From: Hyaloraphidium curvatum SAG 235-1
Lineage: Eukaryota; Fungi; Monoblepharomycota
Direction of reading: 5' to 3'
DNA: 64,000 bases
Assembly (NCBI GenBank): GCA_025558095.1
Contig: JAIVFI010000016.1
Location: forward strand, 186,001-250,000
Part shown: one piece after another, positions 1 to 10,749 of the stretch
Position numbering within the stretch: position 1 is the first letter of the stretch
How the letters are laid out: every line of letters begins with the position of its first letter
Made by a program: the position numbers and the translations under genes
Notes under the pieces: generated by a model
The model's input: only the letters and a program-made list of their open reading frames with translations
Database searches by the model: none
What the model was told of the DNA's origin: nothing

Positions 1-204
1 CCGCCCCACGCGGGGAACGGCAAGGAGTCGATCTCGCTGCTGGTTTACCGTCGGAGGCGATCACAAGGCGGGGCGTTGTCCGGACAATGAAGGCAGAAAC
101 AGGCACAGCCTTCGATACAAAGAGCAAACTGGCATCGCATTGCCGGGGCATCAGGAAAACTGCCCGCTTCGCCTTTAATTCCCGGTCCCGACCGCCTGCG
201 CGCC

Positions 205-1403
205 TTAGAACATGCTCGGCAGGATCACGTTCTGCGGCCTCCGCCCCTCCACCACCGCGCTCGCCATCGTCTCGGCCGCCAGCCTGCGGATGTCGGCCGC
301 GGCCTGCGGGGAGTAGTAGGCCACGTGTGAGGAGACGGCGAGGCGGCCGAGGAGCCAGGGCTCGCGGGCGCGGTACGCGGCGATCAGCCGGGAGGGTGGG
401 TCCGCGGGGGGTTCGTCTGCGAAAACGGGCACGCGAGTCAGTTCAAAAGCCGTGGCGGGCGGCGCGACAAAATGCCCACCAGGCAAGCAATCCAACCCGG
501 CCCCCGCCAGCTTCCCGCTCTTGAGCGCCTCGTACACCGCCTCGTCGTCCACGATCGGCCCCCTGGCCGTGTTGACCACGATCGCGCCCTCGGGCAGCAG
601 CGCCAGCTGCTCCTTCCCGATCATCATGCGCGTCTCCGGGGTCAGCGGGCAGTGCACCGTGAGCACGTGGGATTGGCGGCACAGTTCGGCCAGGGAGCGC
701 ACGCGGCGGGCGCCGACGGCGAGCTCGGTGCCGTTGGGGACGTACTGCGGCGGCACGGATGGCGGGTCAGAGGGAAACGGCGCGGTCGGCACAGGCTGCC
801 TGCCCACCGGATCGTAGCACACCACGTCCATCCCGAACGCCTTGCACCTCAGCGCGACCGCGGTCCCCATCCTCCCCAGCCCCACGATCCCGACGGTCTG
901 CACGCCCATCCGGAGGATCGTCGGCACGGGGACGAGGCCCCACTTGTAGGGCGGGGTGCGCAGCGCGTCGTGCTGCATGAGCAGGCCGCGTCGAAGGGCC
1001 AGGATGAGGGCCATGGCGTGGTCCGCGACCTGCGAACAGGGCCGAGGATGACATCTCGCTGTAGACCCATTTTGCCAGACCGACGCACCTCGGTCGTCCC
1101 ATAGTCAGGCAGGTTCATCACCAGCACCCCCCTCCTCTCCGCTTCTTTCCTGTCCACCCCGTCGTACCCCACACCCATCCGGCACACCGCCTTGAGCTTC
1201 GGGAACCTCGCGAAATCCTCCTTCGTCACGCGCCACTTGAGTATGCACAGGCCGACGACGTCCTCGCAGTCCTCCTGCCGGAGCTCGGCGATGGAGTTGA
1301 CCGTGCGCAGGCGGAGCTCGACGCCGGGGCCGTAGATGGGCCCCTCGACGGCCGCGTCGGGGTACAGGCCCTCGGGGTACAGGACCACGGGTTTGGAGGG
1401 CAT
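205..1403 (-). CDS. D-isomer-specific 2-hydroxyacid dehydrogenase (CtBP/PGDH-like), spliced
   Basis: ATG at 1403 (MPSKPVVLYP). Motifs RMGVGYDGVD, LPDYGTTE|VADHAMAL, VGIVGLGRMG (NAD binding), HCPLTPETR, VNTARGPIVD, GAGLD, SHVAYYS. Intron 1030-1088 (GT..CAG) plus two likely in-frame introns near 745-807 and 418-480. Confidence 0.9.
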
Positions 1404-1514
1404 CGAGGCGGATGGAGGGGGAGGAGGGGCTGCGGAGCGTGGGGGACGTTTTCTGGAAGTTGAGCCGGTGCGGGCGATCGGCAACGCGTGGATCCTCGCC
1501 ACGCGCCTGCGCCA

Positions 1515-2078
1515 ATGCCCGGCAGAGTCCGCGCGTATCTCGCCGCGTCGCTCGACGGCTATATTGCCGGCGAGAACGACGAGCTGGACTGGCTCGGGGC
1601 GTCGGGCCCCGCGCCCGACTCGGAGCTCCCGGACGGCGTCCTGGGCTTCGAGGCTTTTATGGCCCAAGTCGGCGCGATGGTGATGGGCCGCCGGACGTAC
1701 GACGTGGTCGCGACGATGGACGGCGCCCCGTGGCCGTACGGCGATATCCCCGTGCTCGTGGCCACGCACAGGCCGCTCGAAGGTGCAAGGCCGACCGTGC
1801 GTGCGGTCGAGGGGGACATCGCAGGCATCCTGGACCGGGCGATCGCGCTGGCGGGGGACAAGGATGTCTACGTCGACGGCGGGGAGACGCTGCGGGCCGC
1901 GCTGGACGGCGGGAGGGTCGACGAGGTCGTGCTGAGCGTGGTGCCCGTGCTCCTGGGCAAGGGCCGGCCACTGTTTGCGGGTCTGGAGGGGAGAAAACGG
2001 GTGGAGATTGCCTCACACTTGGACATGGGTCCTGCGATGCCCGGGATGGTGCAGCTCAGGCTAAGGTTCCCGAAGTGA
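1515..2078 (+). CDS. Dihydrofolate reductase / RibD C-terminal domain protein (bacterial-type, intronless)
   Basis: AASLDGYIAG, LDWL, VMGRRTYD, VYVDGG, DEVVLSVVPVLLGKGRPLF, GMVQLRL are hallmark RibD_C/DHFR-family motifs. Confidence 0.9.
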   Translation: MPGRVRAYLAASLDGYIAGENDELDWLGASGPAPDSELPDGVLGFEAFMAQVGAMVMGRRTYDVVATMDGAPWPYGDIPVLVATHRPLEGARPTVRAVEGDIAGILDRAIALAGDKDVYVDGGETLRAALDGGRVDEVVLSVVPVLLGKGRPLFAGLEGRKRVEIASHLDMGPAMPGMVQLRLRFPK

Positions 2079-2591
2079 TGTGCGCCGGGAGCCCGCCCCA
2101 TCCTTCTAGGTGGACTGGCACATGGCAAGAATCTTAAGAAACGTGCTCATCGTCAGCATGAAGTCGAGAGCCGTTGGTCAAACTCGTTCGTGACTGCAGG
2201 TCCTCGAGCGGATGTGGCAAATCGGGGGCCAACACTCCGCTGTCAGAAGACTACCGACATGGCCCGTCCGACCAGCAAGTAGCTCCAAATAGCTTGATCC
2301 GCATCCTCGGGATGTCTTAAAGAAGGTGTTTGCTGCCCTGCAGGTTCCGAGGTGGAAGGATAGGGGACGCGGTCCATGACGTTTGGCTGACTGCGGTCCG
2401 GCCCGGACGAGGAGCCGAACCGTCTCTCCGCAGCGCGGCCCCGCCCAAACAGGGCCGCCGGGCGTCACCTGTCGCACTTCTTCGTCCCTCCCAAGTTTCC
2501 GGACCTGTTTCCGGGGGCGTTTGCCGGCTCTTCTCGCGCAACCGCCCGGTCCCCCGCGCCGGCCGGCCAGCGCCACCGCCGCGCCGCCGCC

Positions 2592-4407
2592 ATGGCGTCG
2601 CCGACGATCGCGATCGCCGTCAAGGATCTCAGCGCCGCGCCGCCGTCGCGCTCCGACAGCCCGGCGTCGCCCTCCACGCCGTCGCTGCTCTCGCCCGGCA
2701 CCGCCGACGCCGGCCACCCGGCCGCCCCCGCGCCGCTCACCGTCTCGCGCCACGAGTCGGGCGGCTCGCTGCCGTCGAACGATGGGGAAAAGCCGCCGGA
2801 CTTTGACCCGACCAGGCGGCGGAGCTCCGTCGCGCGCTTCTTTGGCTCGATCCTGGGCGGGGGCGGTGGCGAGAGGAGAGGCTCGTGGGTACAAATCTCG
2901 CGGCGGCAGGCCATACAGCTTGTTGCTCTTGTTGTGATTGGTTCTGACGCTCTTTGTCGCCAGGCACGAGTCGCCAATCGACAGGTCGCCGAACGGTTCG
3001 CCGCGCCTCCCCCCGCGGTCCCATTCCCCCGGCCTCGGCTCGGCCCCGGACCTCGCCCGGCGGCGGCCCTCGGAGATCGACCCCGCGGCCGGACGGCGCC
3101 GGCCCTCGGCCGCCGGCGCCTTCTTCTCCTCTATCCTGAGCCCCTTCACGTCTGCCAACGACGAGGGCTCGGTCTTTTCCCGGCGCGGATCCGTCATGTC
3201 CAACGCGTCCTCGCAGGGGGACATGGACGCCGGCCACGGCTCGCGCCTCTCGGACTACAAGATCGGCTCGACCCTCGGCAAGGGCCGCTTCGCGGTCGTC
3301 AAGGCGGCCGTGCACCTCCCAACGGGCCGCCCCTGCGCGGTCAAGATCATCGACAAGCCGCCGTCGGGCTCGGCATCGGCGCTCAAGGTGCGCCGCGCGT
3401 TCCAGAACGAGGTTGCGCTGCTCTACTCGGTGCGGGACCACCCCAACGTGCTGCACATCTTTGCCCACTTCGAGACGCCCTCGAAGTACTACCTCGTCAC
3501 GGAGCAGCTCCACGGCGGCGAGCTCTGGGACCGCATCAGCAAGTCCCTCTTCCGCCCCTTCGAGGAGCACGACGCCGCGGTGCACGCGCTCGTGATCGCC
3601 TCGACCCTCGCGCACCTGCACGACCCCGACCGCGCCATCGTCCACCGCGACCTCAAGACGCCCAACCTCGTGTACCGCGCCAAGCCCACCACGGGGCGGG
3701 ACCGGTACGACCGCATCTACGACCCGCGCTCGCTGGTGCTGGTGGACTTTGGCATCGCCCGCCGGTGGTGGCTCCGCGGGATCGAGGACCCCCCCTGCGA
3801 CATGCTCCCCGAGGAGCAGGAGCGCGAGCGCGAGCGGGAGGAAGCGCCCCCCGAGGGCCTGTTCGGCAAGGGCGACGAGGACTGGGAAGGGCCGGGGATC
3901 ATGATGACGCGGTTCTGCGGGAGCCCGCTGTGGATGGCGCCCGAGATCGTGCGCGGGCACGGGTACGGCCGCGAAGTCGATCTGTGGAGCCTGGGGGTGA
4001 TCTGCTACGGCCTCCTGACGGGGATCGCGAGCCCGCTCCCGGGCTTGTCGGCCACGGGGAACGACTACCTGCCGCTGCTGCACCCGCCCTCGGGGGGGAT
4101 CGACTACCCCTCGCCGCCGCTGTCCGAGGCGGCGATCAGCTTTTTGAACGGGCTGCTGTGCTGGAACCCCAAGGAGCGGATGACGGCGGGCATGTGCCTT
4201 GAGCACAAGTGGATCACGGACGTGGTGGGCGGGGACTGGAAGCGCTGGGAGTCGCTCGTGCGCGCGTGGGCGGGCAAGCGGGCGGCGGACAGGCGGGAGG
4301 CGGCAGAGTCGCCGATGGCCATCGCGGGGTTGGGGACTGGGGAGGGGGAGATGGCAGGCGAGGCTGGGGAGTGGAGGGTGACAGAGTGGGCGGACATCGT
4401 TTCTTGA
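2592..4407 (+). CDS. CAMK-like Ser/Thr protein kinase
   Basis: LGKGRFAVVK, AVKII, HPNV, HRDLK, DFG, CGSPLWMAPE, DLWSLGVI. Intron 2885-2963 (GTGGGT..CTGAC..CAG) joins the 2592 frame to the 2938-4407 frame in phase. Confidence 0.9.
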
Positions 4408-5180
4408 CTCGGAAAAGTGTAGTGCGAAGGGACACGAAAGCGCTGCTATTAGATATCCCACGCCCCATGTCGAGATACAACGACGACCTAAAGGATGATG
4501 CTGCGAGATCTGCTCCTTCCCCCGAAGTGGTAGTTTTGCCTCCATCCGCTGAACAGGATTTCGGATCCCTCCATCCATCTCTAGAAAGGAGCATCCGCCC
4601 AGTCCGGTTCGTCATTGTCCTCGATGAATTCGCTCTGCCGTCAAAAGCAACGGTTTCTGACATGTACTGGAACCCGGTCCCTGAAGGCGTTGCTTTCGCC
4701 CCTTCTCTTTGCTTGCAAATAGGGCGTGATTGTCGGGGGTAGGCTGCCCTCGTGTCCGATGACAACCCTCATGGTTTTGGTGTATGGAGCCATCCGTAGT
4801 TCCTTGGATCTCGTCTGCTCGGCTGCCAGATCACCTTGCAATTGTGTAAGCTTCGTCTTGCGGTTCTGAATCATCGCCTTGTGGCTCTCCACGGCTTGAA
4901 GGGCGAGATCGAGATGAGTCTGGAGCGAAGAATCCATGTGGACTTCGTGCAAGTCTGCCGGTCCCTGTGAGATTGTCAGCAACATTTTTAACCTGTCGAG
5001 AGACGGCGGGCGTCTACCATCGATTCCGCATCGGCAGCAACGATTCAATCCGAATGATCAGAGGAACGCCATTGCTTTGCGTGCACGGGATCGGATGTCA
5101 GTCGTGTGAAGCCTGAGCCCACGCTACCCTGGACTCTCGACTCGCTTTCATTCTCGGTCGCAGCAGGTATCCTCGGATTG

Positions 5181-5311
5181 TGTCAGGACGGGGCGCGGGG
5201 GACCCGTAAAGACCTGTGTTGACGACGTTGAGGAGTCACTACACAGCACTGCGCCTAGTCTTCCCTCGCCGGGGACCACCGTCCCCCTTGCCCCGACGCC
5301 GGCGCGTTACA
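5181..5311 (-). repeat. 3' LTR (131 bp)
   Basis: Base-for-base identical to 10529-10659; termini TGTAAC...CCTGACA on the minus strand. Confidence 0.97.
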
Positions 5312-8300
5312 TCACCCCCCCCCAACCGCCGCGTAGGACCCGGCTTGTCCGGAAAGCGGCGGTGAAAGTCGGCAACGGCGTCGGGGGCGTGCTGGAGGTG
5401 CTCCCACGGTTCCCATGAGCGCTCCGATGGAGGAAAGTCCTTCCAGTCCACCAAGTACTGCAAGTGATTGCGGAATCGGCGGGAATCCAGGATCTGGTTA
5501 ACCTCGTACTCGGGTTCGCCGTCAATGATGTCCGGGGGTGGAGTCTCTGCGACGCGGCCGGGAAAATCGGCGGTGTCCGAGGGAGTATAGGGTTCGAGAA
5601 GCGAGACGTGAAAAACGTCATGAATGCCCATCGTGGGCGGAAGATCCAATCGAAACGCAACGGGATTGATCTGCTCCTTAATGCGGTAGGGCCCGAGGTA
5701 GCGAACGTCGAGCTTGCGAGACGGTCGACGCGTACGAATATTGCGCGCCGATAGCCAAGCACGGTCGCCGACGCGGAAAACGGGAGCATCCTCACGACTG
5801 ACGTCTGCGGAGTCTTTGTAGCGTTCCTGGGCCCGCTGGAGGTTCTCGCGAAGGACGTCGTGGAGGGCGCGAAGCTCCCTGATGCGTTCCTCGGCGGCGG
5901 GAACGCGCGGCGCGTCGGGTGCTAAAAAGTCGGCTCGCGGGTCGTAACCGTAGTTGGCGCGGAAAGGCGACATGCCAATGCTGGCGTGCACCGAGTTGTT
6001 GTACGCGAACTCGGCGAGCGGGAGCTGATTGAACCAGTCGTCCTGGGCGTAATTGACGTAGGTGCGGAGGTACTGCTCCAAAATCTGATTGATGCGCTCC
6101 GTCTGGCCGTCCGACTCGGGGTGCGCGGCCGAGGAGCGGTAAAGCTTGATGTCCATGAGTCCAAGAAGCCTTTCCCAGAATTTGGCGATGAATTGCGGTC
6201 CGCGGTCGCTGACGATGTCGAAGGGGAAGCCGTGGAGGCGGAATATTTCGCGAAGGAAGAGCCGAGCGGTGTCGTCGGCGGAGAAGTCCTTCCGCGCGCC
6301 AGCGAAATGAGCCTGCTTGGTCGACCGATCGGCCACGACGAGCACGGCGTCGAATCCCTCGGACTGGGGCAGGTCCGTGACGAAGTCCATACTGATCGAA
6401 CGCCAAGGTCCGTCCGGGATTGGAAGTGGCTGGAGAAGGCCGTGCGGGGCATGGCGCGGGGCCTTGGTTCGCGTGCAGGTCTCGCAGCTCCGAATGTAGC
6501 GGGCGACGGTGTCCCAAACACGCGGCCACCAAAAATCTCGCAATATGAGCTCCACAGTCTTGCGAATTCCGAAGTGGCCGGCAGTAACGGCATCGTGACG
6601 GGTTCGGAGAAGCTCCGTCCGAGACTTGCCGACCGGCACGAAGATGAGACCGTCGCGGTAGAGAACGCCATCAAGAAGATGGAAACGAGAAACGGACGCG
6701 TCGTGAGCCTCCAGAAGAGCGATAATGCGACGGGCGAATGGGTCCTTGGCCGTATCGCGACGGATCATGTCCAGGAAATCCAACGAAGTCGCGTGGAGCG
6801 CGGCGACCAGGTGCGGCCCGAGGAGCGTGACGCGCTGTTGCGTAGAGACATCGTCGAAGTTGCCCGGAACGTAGTCGGAGCGGCGAGAAAGCGCGTCGGC
6901 GACGACTTGATCGGTGCCGGGTCGATGCTTCAAAACAAAGTCGTAGCCCGCGAGGGTCATGGCCCATCGAGCCTGACGGCGATTGAGCATCTGCTGCTTC
7001 ATGAAGTACTCCAGGTTCTTGTGGTCCGTGAAGACGTCGACTTTATGCGGGCTACCCTCGAGGTATCGCCGCCACGCCTTGAACGCGTCGACAACTGTGA
7101 GTAGCTCCTTGTCGTAGATCGGGTAGTTGATCTCCGCCGGCTGGAACTTCCGGGAATGAAACGCCACGGGATGCATAAGCCCGTCGTCGGGGGCGGGCTG
7201 CGACAGCACGGCTCCGAGGGCGAAGTCGGAAGCATCTGCCTCAACTGTGTACGGAACGGCTGGATCGGCGTTACGCAGGAACGGAGCCGAAGTGAAAGCG
7301 GATTTGAGCGCATCGAAGGCTGCGCGAGCTTCCGGCGTGAAACGGAACGGATCGCCCGGCTTGAGCTTAGTGAGGTCCGTGAGCGGAAGTGTGATCTGCG
7401 CGTAGTCCTTGATGAAGCAGCGGTAGAAGTTGGCAAAGCCGAGGAAGCTTTGGAGCTGGCGAAGGGTCGCAGGCTCGGGCCATGAGGTGATGGACTCGAC
7501 CTTGGAGGGGTCCATGATGACCTTGCCGTCGCCCACGATGAACCCGGCGTACTCGACGGTCGTAACATCGAACGAACACTTGGAGAGCTTCGCGTACAGG
7601 TGGTTGTCCCGGAGGCGCTGCAGAACCTGGCGCACATGCCCCGCGTGATCGGCTTCGTTCTCTGAGAAGATCAAGATGTCGTCGAGGTAGATCGCGACGA
7701 AGATGTCGAGTACGTCATGGAAGATGCTGTGCATGAAGCGCTGGAAGATGGCCGGCGCATTCATGAGGCCCATGGGCATGACGAGGTACTCGAACTGGCC
7801 GTAGCGGGTGCGGAAAGCCGTCTTCCACTCGTCTCCTTCGCGGACGCGAATCTGACGGTAGGCTTCGCGGAGATCCAGCTTGGTGAAGATCTTTGCACGG
7901 GAGAGGCGGTCCAGAAGGTCGGAAATGAGCGGGATCGGGTAGCGGTCTCGCTTCGTGATCCGGTTGAGACCGCGGTAATCCTCGCAGACGCGAAGCCCGC
8001 CGTCCTTCTTTTTTGCAAAGATGACTGGAACCCCGCTCGGAGAATCCGAAGGGCGGAGACGCCCCGATGCGGAAAGCTCTTCGATGTGCTTCCGGAGTGC
8101 CTCGGATTCGACTTCGGAGAGGCCGTGGAGACGTCCAGAAGGAGGGACTGCCCCTTCTTCGAGTTCGATTGCGCAATCGAAACCGGGACGATGCGGCGGC
8201 AGTGACGATGCAGGCTTGTCCGGGTCGAAGACGTCCGCGAAGTCGGCGTACTGCGATGGGATCGTGGGCTCGGCGGCGGCCGCGCTTGCAGCGCGCGCAG

Positions 8301-9275
8301 CGGGGTCGGAGACCATGGCGACGAAGATCTGTGCGTCCTTGCGCTCGCGACGCATCTCGGCGACAAACTGGCGCGCCGAGAGATTAGCGATCTTCACCTT
8401 AGGCGGCGGAGGCGGAGGTACTTCCGGAGGCGCGCCCCGACCGGTCCCATCGGCCGGGGTTGGCCTCGGCGGTTGTTCGTCGACCCCGCGGCCCAAGGGG
8501 ACGGCCTGCGGAGGTCTGCCTGCGTCGCCCGATCCCATGGAAGCCGAAAAAGAAGCCGTGTGTGGGTATTCGGACTCCGTGATGTCCTCGAGGATGGTCC
8601 GGTCGCTGGCCTGGCTGGAGGCGGGGTCAGCAGCTGGGAGACATCCACCGGCAGAGACGGATACGTCCACCGGGGCCGCCCGGCTGGCGCCTTCAGCCGG
8701 GCTTGTCTTTGGCGGTTCCTGATCCGCCGCCGGAGCCTTAGGCCCGCTCAACGGCGGGGAAACTCCCGGTGCGAACGGGCGAGGGATCCGCAGGGATCGA
8801 CGGGACCAATCGAGCGCCGCGTTCACGAACTCGAGGTACGAGAGTCCGAGAACGACCGGAATCGACGCGCTGATGATGTTGAAGCTGACTCCGACGGTAA
8901 TGCCATCGGCTGTCAGTGCGACGGGCTCCGTCTCCTGGGTGACGTCGCCCGACGAAATAGGCCGCCCGTCCACCACGTCGAGCCCGAAAGGCGTGGAGCG
9001 CTGCAAGCACGAGTATCCAACGCAGCGCGCGAAAGCCTCGTCCATGAAGCAGGCGTCGGCGCCGGAGTCCACGAGTGCGTCCACGATCCGAAGCCGGCCG
9101 TCCGGAAGCACGATGCGCACGGGAATGACGAAGGAAGGAACCGGGTCGGACCGGAGCAGAGGAAATGGCGGCCGCCCGGAAGACGCCGCCAAGCAAGGGG
9201 CACGGGAAAACTGAAGACTTGTATTGGCATCGCCAGCGTCGGAGGTGCCCCGGAATCCGAGCTGGCGTTTCAAAA
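5239..9275 (-). CDS. pol: Retrotransposon Pol: aspartic protease, reverse transcriptase, RNase H, integrase, GPY/F, chromodomain (-1 frame relative to gag)
   Basis: LVDSGADACF (PR); KLDLREAYRQI, MPMGLMNAP, YLDDILIFS (RT); ADASDFALGAVL, TDHKNL (RH); HDAVTAGHFG..CETC, DFVTDLP, SDRGPQF, GQTER (IN); YLGPYRI; YEVNQILDSR..YLVDWKD..SWEP (chromo). The start given is the inferred frameshift point. Confidence 0.95.
5312..5327 (-). other. Polypurine tract (PPT)
   Basis: Minus strand GGTTGGGGGGGGGTGA immediately precedes the 3' LTR TGTAAC. Confidence 0.85.
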
Positions 9276-10463
9276 AGACGACGATGCAGACTTGGCGGGG
9301 CAAAAGGCCTTGACGTGACCGGGCTGACCACAGTAAATGCAGAGCCCCTCGCGAAGGCGGCGCTGGCGCTCCTCCGGCGTCAGCTTGGCGCGCGACCCTG
9401 AGGACGCCGAGCCTGAAGCCCCGCCCGGCTGGCCAGATGCAGACGCGGAGCCCAGCACCATCGGCACGGGGCCGGAAGCACTTGCGGAAGGAGCTGCCGG
9501 AGAGACATGCGATCCGATGGGCACCGACTGCATCGCTCCGGGGTAGGGATACCCAGAGGTGGGCCGGTCGCGGCTCCGAGCTTTGCGCAGCGCAGCTTGC
9601 TGCTCGGAGAGGCGAACTTGAGCAGCAAATGCGATCTTCTTCGCTTCCTGGTACGTACTGGGCTTCGAATGCTGGCCCATCTGGTTCACGATCTCCGCGG
9701 AGAGGCCAGCCAGGAACATATCCATGAACGTGGCATCACTGTAGCCCTCGACATCCGGCTTCAGGCTTTCAAATTCGACTGCGTATTCGGCCAGATGCCC
9801 GGGCTTCTGGACGAGTGCATGGAGCGCATTGACGGCGGAAGTGTGTCGAAGTGGCATCTGAAAGGTAGAGAGAAACTCCTCGCGAAGCGAGATCCACGAG
9901 GGCGCAATCGTCCCGGAGCTGCTCTGCTGGGCAGCAAACCAGCGGAGCGCATCGCCCTTGAGAAGCAGACTGAAGAACGCGATCTTTTGGGCGTCCGAGG
10001 CAAGCTCCGGCTTGAGCTCGAGCGCGTTGTCGACCTGCATCATGAAGTAACGGGTGCGTGCGTGATCGGTCCCGTCGAACTTGTCCGGGGTAGGCACGTT
10101 GATCGGTTTCGCGGTTGGGGCAGCAGCGGCGTGCTGGGGCAGGAACCCCATGCGCGCGACAGAGCCGACAAACGCGTCCGTGAGCGCAGCGGCGGACACC
10201 GAAATCGGAGCAGACAGAGGAGCGTGCTGCGCGACGTGGGTTGCTTGGGAAGCGCGGTAGGTGGCGACTTGGGCACGGATCGGGAGCGCGATGAACTCGG
10301 GCTGAGCGTCGCCGAGGGCGTCCAAGAAGCTGACGAAAGCAGCACGCTCCTGCGGCTCGAGGGTATCAAGGAAAACCCTTTCGCGCTCGATAAGGACTTC
10401 GACGGGAGTCTGGGGGTCCGGGGTCGCGGAGAGGAGATCGCGGAGAGCGTCGGCGCCAGCCAT
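9270..10463 (-). CDS. gag: Retrotransposon Gag with CCHC zinc knuckle
   Basis: PDKFDG..KIAFFSLLLKGDALRWF capsid-like region; ERQRRLREGLCIYCGQPGHVKAFC knuckle typical of sushi/PEG10-type Gag. Confidence 0.93.
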   Translation of the reverse strand: MAGADALRDLLSATPDPQTPVEVLIERERVFLDTLEPQERAAFVSFLDALGDAQPEFIALPIRAQVATYRASQATHVAQHAPLSAPISVSAAALTDAFVGSVARMGFLPQHAAAAPTAKPINVPTPDKFDGTDHARTRYFMMQVDNALELKPELASDAQKIAFFSLLLKGDALRWFAAQQSSSGTIAPSWISLREEFLSTFQMPLRHTSAVNALHALVQKPGHLAEYAVEFESLKPDVEGYSDATFMDMFLAGLSAEIVNQMGQHSKPSTYQEAKKIAFAAQVRLSEQQAALRKARSRDRPTSGYPYPGAMQSVPIGSHVSPAAPSASASGPVPMVLGSASASGQPGGASGSASSGSRAKLTPEERQRRLREGLCIYCGQPGHVKAFCPAKSASSSF

Positions 10464-10515
10464 GCTGCACCGAGGGCGAGGTCACGGGGAACGGGAAACG
10501 TGGATTCAGGGTTGG

Positions 10516-10526
10516 AACGTCGTCAA
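10516..10526 (-). other. Primer-binding site, self-priming type
   Basis: Minus TTGACGACGTT lies 2 nt downstream of the 5' LTR and is the exact reverse complement of LTR 10577-10567 (AACGTCGTCAA). It has no TGG tRNA-CCA complement. Confidence 0.85.
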
Positions 10527-10528
10527 AC

Positions 10529-10659
10529 TGTCAGGACGGGGCGCGGGGGACCCGTAAAGACCTGTGTTGACGACGTTGAGGAGTCACTACACAGCACTGC
10601 GCCTAGTCTTCCCTCGCCGGGGACCACCGTCCCCCTTGCCCCGACGCCGGCGCGTTACA
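10529..10659 (-). repeat. 5' LTR (131 bp)
   Basis: Identical to 5181-5311; followed on the + strand by the TSD GATTG. Confidence 0.97.
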
Positions 10660-10749
10660 GATTGGGATGATGACCCAGACAAGCGGTGTGTCAGCAAGCA
10701 ATCCTCCTCTATCTCTCACTTCCATCAGACACAGCACACACGCCACGCA

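Larger units (their letters stand above)
5181..10659 (-). mobile_element. Full-length Ty3/Gypsy chromovirus LTR retrotransposon (Tf1/sushi-like)
   Basis: Two identical 131-bp TG..CA LTRs (5181-5311, 10529-10659); 5-bp TSD GATTG at 5176-5180 and 10660-10664; gag plus PR-RT-RH-IN-chromodomain pol; G-rich PPT next to the 3' LTR. Confidence 0.98.

Noticed and set aside
8913-9272. Gag stop-codon readthrough as the route to Pol
   Set aside because: The gag frame beyond TGA (ORF 8913-9230) does not contain the protease DSG motif; Pol is in the -1 frame.
10505-10528. tRNA primer-binding site
   Set aside because: No TGG start next to the LTR; the sequence is explained by complementarity to the LTR itself.
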